Assembly (NCBI RefSeq): GCF_001194135.2
Contig: NC_068983.1
Span: 107,497,128-107,561,127 of the forward strand
Direction of reading: 5' to 3'
Length of the DNA: 64,000 bases
Source of the DNA: Octopus bimaculoides
Lineage: Eukaryota
Shown here one piece after another: positions 38,850-53,209 of the stretch. How positions within the stretch are numbered: the first letter of the stretch is position 1; each line of letters begins with the position of its first letter. The notes beneath the pieces are model-generated. The model searched no databases. It had not been told where the DNA came from and saw only the letters and a list, made by a program, of their open reading frames with translations. A program made the translations under genes and the position numbers.

Positions 38850-39198
38850 ATGTGGCTATGTGGTAAGAAGCTTGCTTCCTAACCATATGGTTCCAGGTTC
38901 AGTCTTACTGCATGGCACCTTGGGCAAGTGTTTCTACTATAGCCTCAGGATGACCTAAGCCATGTCTGTGTTTGCCACCCTGCCCACAATCGCTTGACAA
39001 CCGATGTTGGTGTATTTATGTCCCTGTAACTTAGCAGTTCTGCAAAGAGACTGATAGAATAAGTACTAGGCTTACAAAGAATAAGTCCTGGGGTTGATTT
39101 GTTCAACTAAAGGCAATGCCCCAGCATGGCTGCAATCAAATGACTGAAATAAGTAAAAACAAAAAAGAAAAGAATATATATATATATATATATATATA
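38850..39198 (+). mobile_element. SINE family A with central deletion
   Basis: Head, core, 3' body and tail, followed by (TA)n and a gap. Confidence 0.85.
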
Positions 39199-39489
39199 NN
39201 NNNNNNNNNNNNNNNNNNNNNNNNNNNNNNNNNNNNNNNNNNNNNNNNNNNNNNNNNNNNNNNNNNNNNNNNNNNNNNNNNNNNNNNNNNNNNNNNNNNN
39301 NNNNNNNNNNNNNNNNNNNNNNNNNNNNNNNNNNNNNNNNNNNNNNNNNNNNNNNNNNNNNNNNNNNNNNNNNNNNNNNNNNNNNNNNNNNNNNNNNNNN
39401 NNNNNNNNNNNNNTGAGTACACAGCAGTAATAAGAAATGAGAATAACAAAGGAACAAACAATTATGCTATGAACTTCATTAGCTAAGAA

Positions 39490-39561
39490 CTGTTTCTGCA
39501 ATAAGATGCAATGCACTCACAGTTGAATGCTTGAGTGTATTGCATCTTATAGCAGAAACAG
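39490..39561. other. 72-nt near-perfect hairpin (30-bp stem, 12-nt loop)
   Basis: CTGTTTCTGCAATAAGATGCAATGCACTCA / TGAGTGTATTGCATCTTATAGCAGAAACAG, with one mismatch and one G:U pair. Confidence 0.85.
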
Positions 39562-39635
39562 CAACATTATTGTTTATTTCTTTGTCATTTTAATTTGTGA
39601 TATATATAACAAAAGACTGTTACTCTCAGTTTCAC

Positions 39636-39666
<31 letters not shown>

Positions 39667-39668
<2 letters not shown>

Positions 39669-40332
39669 AGGGGTACCCAAAAGTAACCAGAAACGTTCTG
39701 TGTGTGACAAGCACTTCGTAGTTCAGGCTTCTGGCACCAGAAGCCACTTGGTGCAACCCTCAGGCATCAATCTACTGACCGATGGTGGTGTCTGATGTTG
39801 TACTGCCATGTGGTGCATCTCTGTTTTGTAGTGCTTCTCTCCTGTTCATCAATTTTTGTGATGGCTTCCATGAAATTCTATTTTCTGCTGGAGCAAAATT
39901 CAGCCAAAACAGTTGTCCTGCTTCAAATAGCTTACAAGGCTACTGCCATGAGCAAAACACAAGTTTATGAGTGGTTTTCACACTTTAGGAATAGTCACTT
40001 GTCACTTGGCGACCATCCTTGTTCAGAGTGATCACTGTCCTCCTAAATGAATGGAAACATCATGAAAATTCATGAACTGATATTGGAGGATCGTCACCTA
40101 ACAATTGACGAACTTGTTCATATGACTGATGTGTCTTTGAACTCCTGCCAACGAATTTTGAGTGAGGAATTATGAATGAGAAGAGTTGCAGCAAAATTTG
40201 TACCTCGCTTACTCATGGAAGATCAAAAGCAGTCATGACTGAATGCATGTTGTGAACTGACAGAACAGTTGGAAGTTGATCTGGATCTTTTTTCAAAGGT
40301 CATCACTGGTGATAAAAGCTGGTGTTATGAAA
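39667..40332 (+). mobile_element. Mariner 5' half remnant
   Basis: TGAGGGGTACCCAAAAGT TIR; TAMSKTQVYEWFSHF HTH; ends at FSKVITGDKSWCY. Confidence 0.8.
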
Positions 40333-40499
40333 TTTGCAGATGTGGAAGAGGTGAAGAAAAAGACGATGGAGGCATTAAAAGTCATCACATTACAAGAGTT
40401 GCAGCACTGCTTCAGACAGTGGAAAACGAGTTTGGACCAATGCATTGTTTAAAATGTGCCTTGACTAATGCATTGCTTCAAAGAGAGAATACTTTGAAG

Positions 40500-40639
40500 A
40501 CGATAAAAGTGTAAACATGTAAAACCAAGTGAATAAAATATTGCAAAAAAATTCTAGTTTTTTGGGGGTGTAAACACACCAACAGTGGTTTCAAACACCG
40601 GTGGGGAGACAAACACACACACACACACACACACATAAA

Positions 40640-40724
<85 letters not shown>

Positions 40725-40875
40725 CAGGCTTCTTTCAGTTTCCGTCTACCAAATCCACTCACAAGGTTAGCCCGAGGCTATAGTAGAAGATATTTGCCCA
40801 AGGTGCCATGTAGAGGGACTGAACCTGGAACCATGTGGTTGAGAAGCAAGCTTTTTACCACACAGCCACACCTAT
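40500..40875 (-). mobile_element. SINE family A with expanded internal (TA)n
   Basis: Reverse complement of head, core and body. Confidence 0.8.
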
Positions 40876-42524
40876 GCCATAGTGTGAGATTGGTGTCTGG
40901 TGCGGCTCCCCAGCTTGCCAGCTCTGGGCAAACTGTCCAACCCATCACAGTTTGTTCCACTCATAGACAATGGACGATGATGATGAAAAGATAGCTAATG
41001 ATAGAGTTTAATCAATAAAAATGAAATATTAATTTTGTTCATAGAAATCTTAGTTTATTCAAATAGATTATATACAGAAAAAAACTTATGACATCTCTAA
41101 TTTCATCACTGATAATAGTTTTTAGATAAGTCCCCATTGCTGTAAAATACAATAATTTTCATGCTAAACTGTACTACAGAATATATCGATAGATTTTTTC
41201 ATCAACACCGTATGTAGACAGGTATAAACACTGTGCGTCCATATACAAAATCTTTATGGGCAGAAAAAAAAATATCAGTTAGAGATAAATTTCAATGCGG
41301 TGTTTACACCAGTCCTCAGTCAAATCGTCCAACCCATGCTAGCATGGAAAGCGGACGTTAAACGATGATGATGATGATGATGATGATGTTGTGATTTGAT
41401 CAGTGACTAAGTACCCGCTTTAACTGTCCATAGAAATGTTTATTAGAAACCCACTGTTACTAAGGATTTAAGTAAATTTATAGATCAATTTGCATATATC
41501 AGTTGCTGATGAAATTTCAACACTCAATTGAAACTAGTCCAGCTGCTCTTTTTTTCTCTTTTCATGAAAGTATCATGTGTACAAATAGGGTATATACAGG
41601 TGCCTATACGTTGAATGGTTACTAAAAATTTATAGATATATTTAGTAGTGTTTTCTGTAGTACACAATAATACTGAAACAAAACATTGTAAACACACAAG
41701 TAATTTATTGAAGTAATTTTTCCATCATTTCAATTTAATTCTGTAGGAAATGCACTTAATCACAGTTTATATTTATATGTTGAGTTTTATTTTGTGGGTG
41801 CTGAATTATATTTTGTTTTCTTTTCTACTTGGTGCCTTTAGTTAATACATAACTGAACACACAAACAATTTAACAAGTACACACATACAACGTTTAATAA
41901 AATACATAAGCTATAACTAAAAACAAACTATAGCTAAACAAAATATATTGGCTCAATATACAAATGACTGGATCACTCTGGTTTCCACAGAATTAAGTAC
42001 AATAAAAGAAAAATATTTCACCATGCTTAAACTTAATGATATATCTTTTAAAATGCTTCTAATTCATTGCTTAATGAAAATATTTCTTTACTATGCTTCA
42101 GGTAAAAACAAAAATATATATTGAATCAAAAAGTTATTTCACTATGCTTTAATAGGAAATCTCCAAATTTTTAATAGTATTTTTGAAATAGATTTTCCTT
42201 TATAGAACTAGCAAAAGTGTATCTTTAACTGCTCTTTCTTCTATTTATTTTTTCTGCAGCTCACATACATATCTTTAATTCTCATTGCTAAAGCAATACC
42301 ATTTCATTTGTATATATTTATATTCTTTTGGTTAATATCAATGGCTTGACATCAGTTTGTTTGCAACTTGCAAAGATTTTCCTTGCACTTTTTAAATTTT
42401 CAATCTCGTATTATTAAATAAAGCAGTAATTGCCAGATTCTCTTTCACTCATTTGTACCTTAGAAGCAATGATGTTATTGACAAATATAACTTGTTTACT
42501 GCCTTGATTAAATTAGTTTGAAAC

Positions 42525-42852
42525 CTTCTTAGGGTAAAGAACCCCTTCAATCATGAACGACCATGGGATTGTACCTAAAAAGTTACCCTCAGAAGCACAA
42601 GTTCAGACAAGGTTGTTTATTGAAGACCAGCAGTTGCCCATGCATACCAGCCTCCCATCTCCATACCACCAATGTTATCCAAGGGAAAGGCAAATGCCAA
42701 TACAGCTTGGCACCAGTGATGTTGCAGTGAACTGGAGCAACATGAAACAAAGTATCTTGCTCAAGAACACAACACACAGTATGGTCTGGGAATTAAACTC
42801 ACTATCTCATGATTGTGAGCCTGATACTCAAAACACTGCACCATACACCTTC
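42525..42852 (-). mobile_element. tRNA-derived SINE, family C
   Basis: Minus strand TGGTGCAGTG (A-box-like) ...GAGTTTAATTCC (B-box-like), central GTGTTCTTGAGCAAGATACTTT; body distinct from families A and B. Confidence 0.65.
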
Positions 42853-44924
42853 TTAAATTGGCTAATTTTGTAGTAGTAGATGTAATTATTGTAATCCCTG
42901 ACTGTGCAAACCTAGGAACAAAAGCATCCCAGCTTTAAAAACACTGGTTATCAGAATTATCTTCATCATTGTTTTAACATCTACATTTCAATGATTGCAT
43001 GGGTCAGACAGAATTTATTGAGGCAGATTTCTTATGGCCAGATGCCTTCCCTGTTGCCAATCCTCATCTGTTTTGAAGTAAAGTAATGCAGGGTGTCTCC
43101 CAAAATTGACATCATTTGAAAAGTGAATTTCTGAGTAACTACATGCCCGAGGCAAACAAAATTAAATAGGCTTTATGTTGAACAATAAAAGATTTATTTA
43201 TCAAAATTCGAACAAGAGATTCAGAGTGATGTAGATTTTACAACTGATTTCACAAAGCTTCCCAAATGTTCAGTATGTGCACTACCTGTGACACAATACA
43301 TCATGTCCTAGTGGGACATGTTTTCACAAATGGAAAATGAGGAGCACTGCATGTATAATAATGAACATGTTAACAATTATAGCATGCTGTGATGGAAAGG
43401 AAATTCATTTACATATACATACATATGCTCTCACTAATGCACACATGAACACGTACACATATATACACACCTGCATACAAACATACACACACATGCATAT
43501 ATGATGAGCTTATTAGAGTTTCCATGTACTAAATCTACTCACAAGACTTAGGTCAGACCAGGGTTATGATAGAAGGAATAACAAATGTCTCAGATGCTGA
43601 ACCTTATCAAGGAGATGACATGTGGTAAGACATACATGTGTAAGACATACATTGAAACATACATCCAAGTCATGGTAGCATGAAAGAAATGGCTGAAAAA
43701 ATTATGAACATAAGTGATGAGATTCTGCACAGTTTTTGTCTACTAAATTTCCTTTCACAGGGTTAACTGAAGGTTATGGCAAAAGGCACTTGCCCAGTTG
43801 CTGTACAGTGGGATTGAACCTGGACAAATGTGGTTATAAAGTGAACTTCCAAATGACATCATACCTTTGACTTGTTGAAACAGTAAAATTCAGAGAAATT
43901 AATGATAGTCTGTTTTACTAAATGTCAGTAGAAAAATTCACATAGTGAAATAAGATATTTTGTTATAAGAAAGACAAATTTCAAGCTAATTTCTTATGTT
44001 ATTTCATTGGTTTTGCATTGAAAACATTAGTTTGCATAGATTTATCCTGATTAAAATTATTAATGAGAGATAAAACAAATTCCCCTTTAATTTTGATTCA
44101 GTTTTAAAATCTCTTTGTAATGTAGGCCAGCAAGGGTATTAGTGATGGATGCTCAATCTGTTAGAATAAACACCGAATTTTCATCAGATAACACTTTACC
44201 ATCTTAAGAAAAGAAGGAAACAAGGTATGACAATCACATAGAATGCCTTTGATCATAATTCTTCTTAATCAAGAGTTACCTGGGGTTAAGTGACAACAAT
44301 AACTATTGAAAATCTTCTCTATGTCACTCTAACATTGAATAATATTTAACATATTAAAAAAATTTTATTGCTAGGAAAAGTTATTGATAATTTTGGTTTC
44401 TATTCTTCATAATCCCCCTAAGATTTTTAATTCTTTCTTTTCCTGGTTAAATGAAAAACGAATCAAATAATACAAAAGAATAATAAAAGCTTTTAACTTA
44501 ATGTTATTATAGAAAATGAACAACTACACAACCCAACCTTAAAAGTAATTGCCAAATTACTAGCAATCATTACCATTTATTTTTTCCTCTTCACTTTTCT
44601 TGCTTTCTCATTTTCACTTATTTTTTTCTTCCCCCTCTCATTTTGCAGTACTCTGATTGTTTCCAGATGATGTATTTTTAGCATTTTTCCCTTGTTAATA
44701 TCATTTCTGTCTCTGCAGGATTGTTTATTTAATTTTTCTTTCAGGATACAACCATTAGAACACATGGGGATTTCTATTTATGTAATAATGCACAGAAGCA
44801 ACATTAAAAAAAAGATTCATTCCTTTTTGATGAAACAATCTTATTCAATTAAAAATCAATCCTAATTTTAAATAATTGACATTCGGAAAGCGATTACCAG
44901 GTTGTTCTTTATTTTGGTTTTTCA

Positions 44925-46400
44925 CTACCCTCAAACAGTGTGCTCCACTGCTATCCCCTATTTTCATTAAAGTACTCAACCTTTCTTTCTCTACAGGGAT
45001 CCCAATCTAGGGAAGCACACAACAATGTTCTATTCCCTTTGAAAAAACATTTTCTCATCCCTACCAATCACTGCCAATTATTGCCCTTCACTCTTCTTTC
45101 CAATATCTTAAAGGTGATGGGTTTAGTTGTAAACAAGTAACTTATTCATTATCTTGAACCTGTCGCTTTCTTCTCAGTGGCTATCAGCAAAGTTTCCACA
45201 AAGAAAATTTCTCAAAAATATTGTTATACTTTGTCACATTCCAGTAATCTCTTGCTTTTGAGAACTTTGATGAAAGAATTGTTGTGCCATTGATGTCAGC
45301 AAAGACTCTGACTGACCATATCAAAGTTAAGTTGCCGCTTCTTGTCCCCAAATCAACCTCATGGATTCCGTCAGTGCTCCATTGCGGCATTCATTGACAA
45401 CATATGCTATCAACTCTGATGTACCACAAGACTTAATTGTCCCCTACAATGTTCCTTCTACACATTTATTATTTACATATAATGTTTAACCTTACACACA
45501 GGTAATATGAACCTTTTACTCTTTGAAGACAAAGTTTAATATTACTTCATCACTAACAAAGAAAGAAATATTTTCTTGGAACACAAAAATAAAAGCATTA
45601 TTATTTAAAATTCTGTAAAGAAAATATCCGAAGCTCCATAGAAAAAGAAAGTATACATATTTGTGAAAAGACTGGTTGTTTTGTCTTTCTAGAAACATAG
45701 ATGATGGGACAGTGAACTGGTTTACACATTTCTCAAATGAAATATACATTCCTTCAATGTACAGATATCTTGGAAAAGTTGCCAGTGGAAAAAATAATCA
45801 GATTTGCTTGCAATACATATCAAGAAAACAACCTTCATTGCTATGACTTTGTGCACAAATAACATTCCACAAAATATTTCCAGCTTGCTACAAATACTTT
45901 GTCTCAGAATTTCTGACAACCTTTCATAGGAATCCAACTTATGTAGCATTACCAAAACTGCATACCAATGACTAGGCTTCTGCTTCAGGTCAGAAAATAC
46001 TTGACCCCTGATCAGTTGTTAACTCTCTACAAAACACCATTACAACCCACATTAGAGTACTACTCACACATCTTAGATGGTACTGCTTTTTCACCCTCAA
46101 ATAATTTAGGTTGCACTTAAAAGAAAGCCATGCAATGTATTTTCCAGCACACTGCAAATTCTGGAATATGGATGCACTGTTTCTTCTCTCAGCTTCTACC
46201 TCTACTACAATAATATGAATTTTGAACTAGAAAGCTACATATCCCTACAACAGACCACATTTGTTTCTCCACCTCTCATCGTCCCTGATGTGGCTCATAT
46301 ATTTTTCTCTCATTTCTGCAGCCACCTAAAGAGTTCTCTTAATCACTCATATATTTCTTGCAGGAGTTGCATGTCTCATGCACTGATCTCTCCAGTCTGA
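44925..46400 (+). mobile_element. CR1/L2-group LINE RT remnant, heavily decayed
   Basis: LKQCAPLLSP..LNLSFSTG; AFENFDERIVV.LMS.K; INSDVPQD...SPTMFLLHI; KYLTPDQLLTLYK..QPTLEYYSHI. Confidence 0.7.
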
Positions 46401-47467
46401 GAAAATGACTGCAAAGATCATGGGTATCTTTCAATCCTTCTCAGACAAATTATTAAGGAAAATATTTCAAAGAATTGTTTATGCAAACATTTATATTAAG
46501 AACAAAACTGTAGCAGAATTTCTTGGTCACAAGTTAGTGTGGTACTAGGATAATTACTAGGCATGTTTTATGCTTGGCATAAAATTTAACATATCAATAC
46601 TTAGCTAATTTTAATTTTTGTTTAACTTTAATTTTTGTTTCGTATCTACTGTTGATATCTATAACTACAGTTTCAGTTTGTATGGTCTGTATTTACAGTC
46701 CTTCAATCATCTAACAGTCCAAATCCTATTTCAGCCCAAAGAAAATCTTATTGGAATAAAGTAAATAACTTATATTTTCTGGACATGATAGATTTTGTTT
46801 TTCTGATGAGATCCAATATGTTATTAATCATAGATATCTTTCTTGTGGCCAGTGAGCTGAGAGATGATATAAGATTAGAAAGAATTTTATTAACTTTCAT
46901 GAAGAATACCTGTGATAATTTTTGGATAACACATTGAAGATTACAAATATTTTCATAGTGTAAAGTTGCATTGAAGAAAAAAACTTGAAAACAGCTAGTC
47001 AAGAAATAATAAAATAATAAATGTAGGAACAAAGTTTTACTTATTTCTATCTCATTTCTTAACCATAATATTGTTTTGGTTTTGTTATCTCCAAACATTT
47101 GTGACCTCTGGAAATCAACTTGTGGAATGCAAAAATTAAATATTTTAAAGCATCTTATCACTTTAGAATTGACTTTTCATGTTGATTTCTATTCACATTC
47201 ATAAGTAGCTTTTCATGATTATATATAGTTACATATGATTTCCAAAGGTATATATGTGTCTATCAGAGTATATGTCATTTCAAAATCAAGATAGAATTAA
47301 ATACATTTTACTTTCATGTATGACTGTATGAAAGATATTTGGTTGCAGATCACTAAACTGTTTGCACTGGCACTGACTGTACTGCACTAATAATATTTTC
47401 TTGGGAAATTTACTCAATAGATCAATGAATATTTTCTTTTATGTGAGAGCACTGAATATATCAGTAA

Positions 47468-47695
47468 TTTCATATACATACATACATACATACATACATA
47501 CATACATACACATACATACATAAATACACACACACACATATATACAAACACATATTCATGTATAAATATGTATACATACATACATATATATGCATATATA
47601 CATACATACATACATATATATGCATATATATATACATACATATATGTATATATATATATATATATATACATATATATACATACACACACACACAC

Positions 47696-47728
<33 letters not shown>

Positions 47729-47761
47729 TATATACATATATATACATACACACACACACAC

Positions 47762-47802
<41 letters not shown>
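47468..47802. repeat. Compound (CATA)/(TA)/(CA) microsatellite
   Basis: Direct inspection. Confidence 0.95.
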
Positions 47803-48002
47803 GCCAGTCTTATTCTAATATCTATATATCTGTTTTTTCCACGCTTGCATGTATTGGGCTGATATACTTGCACTGCAACATATTAAAACTCATTTTAATC
47901 TTGTTTCATGTTATCAGGGAACTGACCAGCCTGAGATCTGAATGCACAACTTTACGTGTGCACAGACACACGCATGCACGCACACACATACACACACGCG
48001 CG

Positions 48003-48033
<31 letters not shown>

Positions 48034-48331
48034 ATTTATTGTATATATGATGGCTGCCGTTCAATATTGAGCAACGCCATTGCTTGATTGTTCTCTTGCT
48101 GGGAACTACAGAATTTGTTTTGCATAGATGTGGAAGTGATAGGCATCTCTTACAGCAGGTGTTCAGAGAGTTACCACCTATACTGACACGTGCCTTCATT
48201 CTATCAGGGAAATTTTTATGAAGTGTTTTGTTTTGTTCACCTATGACCAGTCATAATATGCAACACATAACAGAAATGTTAAAAGAAATCAAGCAATGCT
48301 ATTGTCTGAAGCTATTTAACCCTTTAGCATT

Positions 48332-48540
48332 CTGAAGGTCATCAACAAGGTAGGAGACTTGACAAATCTACTGATGGATCTGCTTTATGTTATCCAATAA
48401 GCAGAAAAACACAATATGCAGCTAAATGAGAATAAATTTGAATTAATCCACTTCAGTAAAGAAGCTGCACTTAAGGTATCATACACTCTTCCTTTGGGTG
48501 AAAACCTCATGGCATCAAACACCACTAGAGACCTTGGATC
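48332..48540 (+). mobile_element. CR1/L2-group RT C-terminal fragment
   Basis: DL..LLMDL..VIQ*AEKHNMQLNENKFELIHF...Y.LP.GENL..SNTTRDLG. Confidence 0.75.
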
Positions 48541-50929
48541 TTTAAACTTTCTGGTCTAGAGAAGCTCCAATATTTATCCTTCTCCATCTTTGCCCATTTT
48601 CACTTTGAACATTGTTGTCCACTGTGATCTCCCTACATGAAACAGAATATCCACATCTACACTTGTTTATTATCTTTCTTATGTCCACTTTATTATTTAC
48701 AACCCCCACCTCTCTTTGATACCTAGCTCTGTTGGTTTGGCATCTGCCCTGTTTATTCTCTCCCTTATCTGTCAGTCTTTACAACCCCCACCAACTTCTT
48801 TGGATGGGAATGCCAATCTTCTAGCTTCAATTTCCATTCTTTCCCCCTAATTTCTCGAGACATTATCTTGCTTAGTATATATCTACCACAGTACCCTTAT
48901 CTATTTATCTACCTATCTTTCTCATACTAGAATGTATTATTTATTCCTCTCCCTTCTCTCAAGACTGAATACCCTCTGATATACTCTGCATTATATATCT
49001 AATACAATGCTTTTACCTATCTATCTTTTTTTCTCTCACACACCAGAATATATTATTCATTCCTCCTCTCATTATTCACACAATTTTGGAACTGCAAGCA
49101 TTCATGTTCCCTCTGGAATGAACCCTTCAATATATATATCTCTTACCTTATCTTTGTTCTTACGAGAATGTATCTTTATTCCATGTACAATCCTGGATCT
49201 GCTAGCATTCATTTTCATTTTCCCTCAATACAGAGTACTTCATAACAATTCTTTCCCTCTTCTTCCCTTGCTGTATCACTTAACCACTCTTTCGGATCAT
49301 GGATTTACCTAAAGAAGACCCAACCCAACTGGATTTAATTGAACCCATCCTCCCTCTAGGACATAATGAAACACAACAAATATCATTTATGAGGAACATT
49401 CTTCCACTGTCTAACTTATATTTCTCCTTTGACAGAATACCCAACTAATAGAGTCTTTGCTTGATACAATCTCCAATAGCTGGGATATTCCAGAAACAGC
49501 TGTCAGAAACTATCTTTTCCAGTCTATACTATTCTTTCCATTTGTTATGTAGCTAAATTTTTAGATTGAATTAAGTGAAATTAAATGTCCTTGTCCTGCA
49601 TTGCCTAATGGTTTGCATTTCCTCACTACTTTAACCTATACCCACTGACTCAGAGGGAAACCACCATTAGCCGTTTTTGAACAAGATAATGGCACAACCA
49701 CAGCTTCAATCACTGTTCTAAGTAGAATTTTAGTGACACACCTATTCGAGCACTCAGAATGCATAGCTATTAGTTTGTCATTTTGATGTAAACTCCTCAT
49801 ATCCTTACCCTCTGTCCATATATATATATATATATATATATNNNNNNNNNNGATGATGATATATTGAACTGCGGAAATCTGCAAGTATTTTTTCATTCCC
49901 TCTCTCTGTTTTTTTTCTCTTATTTATTTCTGTTGAAGAATATAAGCTTGAAACATAAAAGACTTTTTCATTTTCCCGAGCATCAAACTAATACATTTGC
50001 TTGTTGTTCATACACCTGTCTTCATCTTCTGTTTTTCTATAAATTTCAACTATATATATATATCATCGATTTATTGTGAACAGTAAATATTCACTTTTTC
50101 ACTCCTGTATGGAGCAGATGGAATTTATTGAGGTAGACTTTCTATGGTTGGATACCCTTCCTGTCGCAAACATTAAGCTTCTTCTATACAAGGTATTATT
50201 TTTCTGTGGCTGAAATGCTTTTACAGCAAACTGGAAGTGAAAGACACTATTGGTATGATGGCAATTTGTGTTTTCAACTATTGTATGATGTAAAGATAGG
50301 GAGACACACACACACACACATATATGTATAGGACAAGATTCTTCGAGTTTCTATGTACCAAAACTACTGACAAGGTTTTGTTTGATGCAAAGTTTTGTAG
50401 AAGACACTCACCAAAGGTCCCACACAATGGTATGGAACCCAAAACCATGTGGTTGGGAAATGAACTTCTTAACCACACACTAATGATGGCAGCATTATAT
50501 TTGATATTGGTATTTGTAATAATAGGCAGGTGTAGATGTAATGGATATATGCTAATGTGTTGCTCCTGCTGTTTATCTATTTATTCCCAGGCAGTGTTTG
50601 TTTTTAACACTATTGACTTTGCCAGACTGGATGACACTGCCCAGGTATTGAAACCATAGTGATATCTGTTAGGCAGCTGATGATGGGGATATATGTCTGG
50701 TATGCTTGGGTATCTTTAATATCTTGGGGTCTTGTTATTCTGAGTTGTACCGCATTCTCGTAAAGTTGAACTTGTTAAAGGGTACATGGTTTATGGTGGT
50801 TTGTATTATTACATTTATTGATATTGCATAATTGTGTTCATTAGTAGTCTTATTATGCTAGGATAATGCTTAATCAAGAGTTACTAGTTTTGGGAGGTTC
50901 TATGGCATACACTAATAAATGTATGTATG

Positions 50930-50969
<40 letters not shown>

Positions 50970-51125
50970 CAAGACAAGGCATTGATAATGGTCATTACAA
51001 AACTACGGGTTTACAATATAAAATGCCACAAGAATATGTGCAGTTCTTTACTAATCTAAACAATATTGTTAGAGAGCTTATAAAGTATTTTGCTCGGATT
51101 GATTATCCCTCACTAATAACTCTGC

Positions 51126-51162
<37 letters not shown>

Positions 51163-51689
51163 TTCTATAATATATTTCTATAATATATGTATGTATATAT
51201 ATTTGTGTATATATACATGTATATATATTTATACGCACACATATATGTACAGACACATATATACATACACATTTATATATCCAAAACATACATGAATACA
51301 TATACACACATAAATACACATGTATGTGTATGCATACATACATGCATACATACATGCATACATATATCTAAACAAAGCACTTAAAGGTGTAAATGCTTTA
51401 TAGAAAACAAATTTAATCCATTTACTGTTTAAATTTCATATGGTTGTCAGGAGGAAAGCTATATTGCTATAGAAACCATTTTATTAAATTTTGCAGCATT
51501 CTTGATTTTGTTGTTTTCTATTTGAAACTTATCTTTTGTCTCAGTGTTATTCCTTTTAAGTTCTAAACTGATATGGTTAGAGAGACTTCTAACCATATAT
51601 TATGCTAATGTGTTGATCCTGCCACTTGTCTATTTAAAAAATAATGAGAGAAGACACAGAATAATGTATTCTTGGATACATTATACCTT

Positions 51690-51915
51690 TCAGCACCTGA
51701 GTGCACAGGTGCTGGTGTCACATAAAAATTAACGATACTGGTGCCACATATAAAGCACTGGTGCATCCAGTACACTCTGTGAAGTGGTTGGCACGAAGGG
51801 TAGAAATCATACCAAACAGACAATTGACGCCTGATGCAGCTCTCTGCCTTGCCAACTTCTGTCAAACTGTCCAACCCATTTCAGTAGGGAAATTGAATGT
51901 TAAATGATGATGACA
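51690..51915 (+). mobile_element. RTE 3' UTR fragment
   Basis: CACATAAAAAT...GAAGTGGTTGGCACG...CCAACCCATT...GTTAAATGATGATGA. Confidence 0.7.
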
Positions 51916-52399
51916 ATGAATGCTTTTGATCGTTGGCTGGTTTGACCAGGGTTGACTTAGAACAACATCTGTTTTCAGTTTGGATCATATATTTATAAAT
52001 GACAGCTTGCTTGACTGAAGCATGTAGACGGGTGGTGAGCTTGTTTAAAAATTTTTTTGTTTCGCATCTTTCAGAAAACTTTAACTAAACTGAAAATATA
52101 AGAAACAATTCTCTTATACTATTGAGTGGTTAGAGGTAAGAAAGGCAACTAGTAACTCATACATTCACATCAATTTTATCTCTGGCAGCAGGGGAAATGA
52201 GATATAAATAATAGAGTTAAAAATAGACTTTCAAAAGATTTTATTATTAATTTTTCTTCCTTATAAACAGACATTTTAGCAAATAAAATATATGAATTCA
52301 GTATCTTAAAATCTCCAAAGTTTTTAAAATATAGAAGTTTTCATTGTTGAAACAGAATTGCAATGATATTATAAGCTTTTAGAATAATCCTTTTTACTA

Positions 52400-52600
52400 T
52401 AGATACAAAACCTGAAATTTGGGGGTTGGTACTAGTTGATTAGACTGACCCCAGTGCTCAATTGCTACTTATTCTATCAACCCTGAAAGGCTGTTAGGCA
52501 AAGTCAACTTCAGCAGATTTTGAACTCAGAATGTAAAGATGGACAAAATACCACTATATATTTTGTCTAGCATGCTAACAATTCTGCCATTTTGCTGCCT
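52400..52600 (-). mobile_element. SINE family B
   Basis: GGCAAAGTCAACTTCAGCAGATTTTGAACTCAGAATGTAAAG...GCTAACAATTCTGCC. Confidence 0.7.
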
Positions 52601-53209
52601 TTATAAGTTTTTGTGATAGTAACTGGTCCTTATTTACTCAAGGAACAGAAGAACTAAAAGTAATAATCTTACCCTGTCATTAGTTAACAAGGGCACTAAA
52701 ACCTAGGTATACCAAGCTAATTCTGAACAACTTTAACAACATTTCTTCATGCAGCTAAACAAAAAATAGTAAATAGATGAGGTCACTCCTGGAGTAGAGA
52801 ACAGAAGGAGGAAGAAAGAAGACGGTTGATATCAGAAATATGAGAGGCTAAAGCAGTTTTAATTTTACTCTTAAAGCACGGATTTTGTTGTAATTTTTTT
52901 ATTTTTCCTAAACAGTATTTAATTCTATTAAAGCTAAGCTACTTAATAGAATTACTATTTTACCTCCTTTTTTGATTTCGCATCTTTTATTATTGTTTTT
53001 CCAAAATATTTAGATCCATCAGCTTGTTTGAGTATCTCACCTGCTATTTCATTTAGATCAACTTTTCAGATTTTTTGCTACTTATATTCCTTTTTTCAAA
53101 CTTATTTCAATTACACATCATTGTAAATCAGCACCATGGACAAAATACATTACTGACTTCTCTACCTCATTCTATAATATTTCTTGTAAAAGAGTTCAGG
53201 GCTTCTGTC

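Noticed and set aside
39199-39413. ORFs spanning X runs (also at 57053-57277 and 60151-60639)
   Set aside because: Assembly gaps with no sequence information.
46748-47161. 137-aa minus-strand ORF with internal splice-like sites
   Set aside because: AT-rich with no recognisable domain, and the two candidate exons do not join into a long frame.
50480-51120. Possible Penelope coding remnant
   Set aside because: Resemblance is too vague in all frames I translated to support a call.
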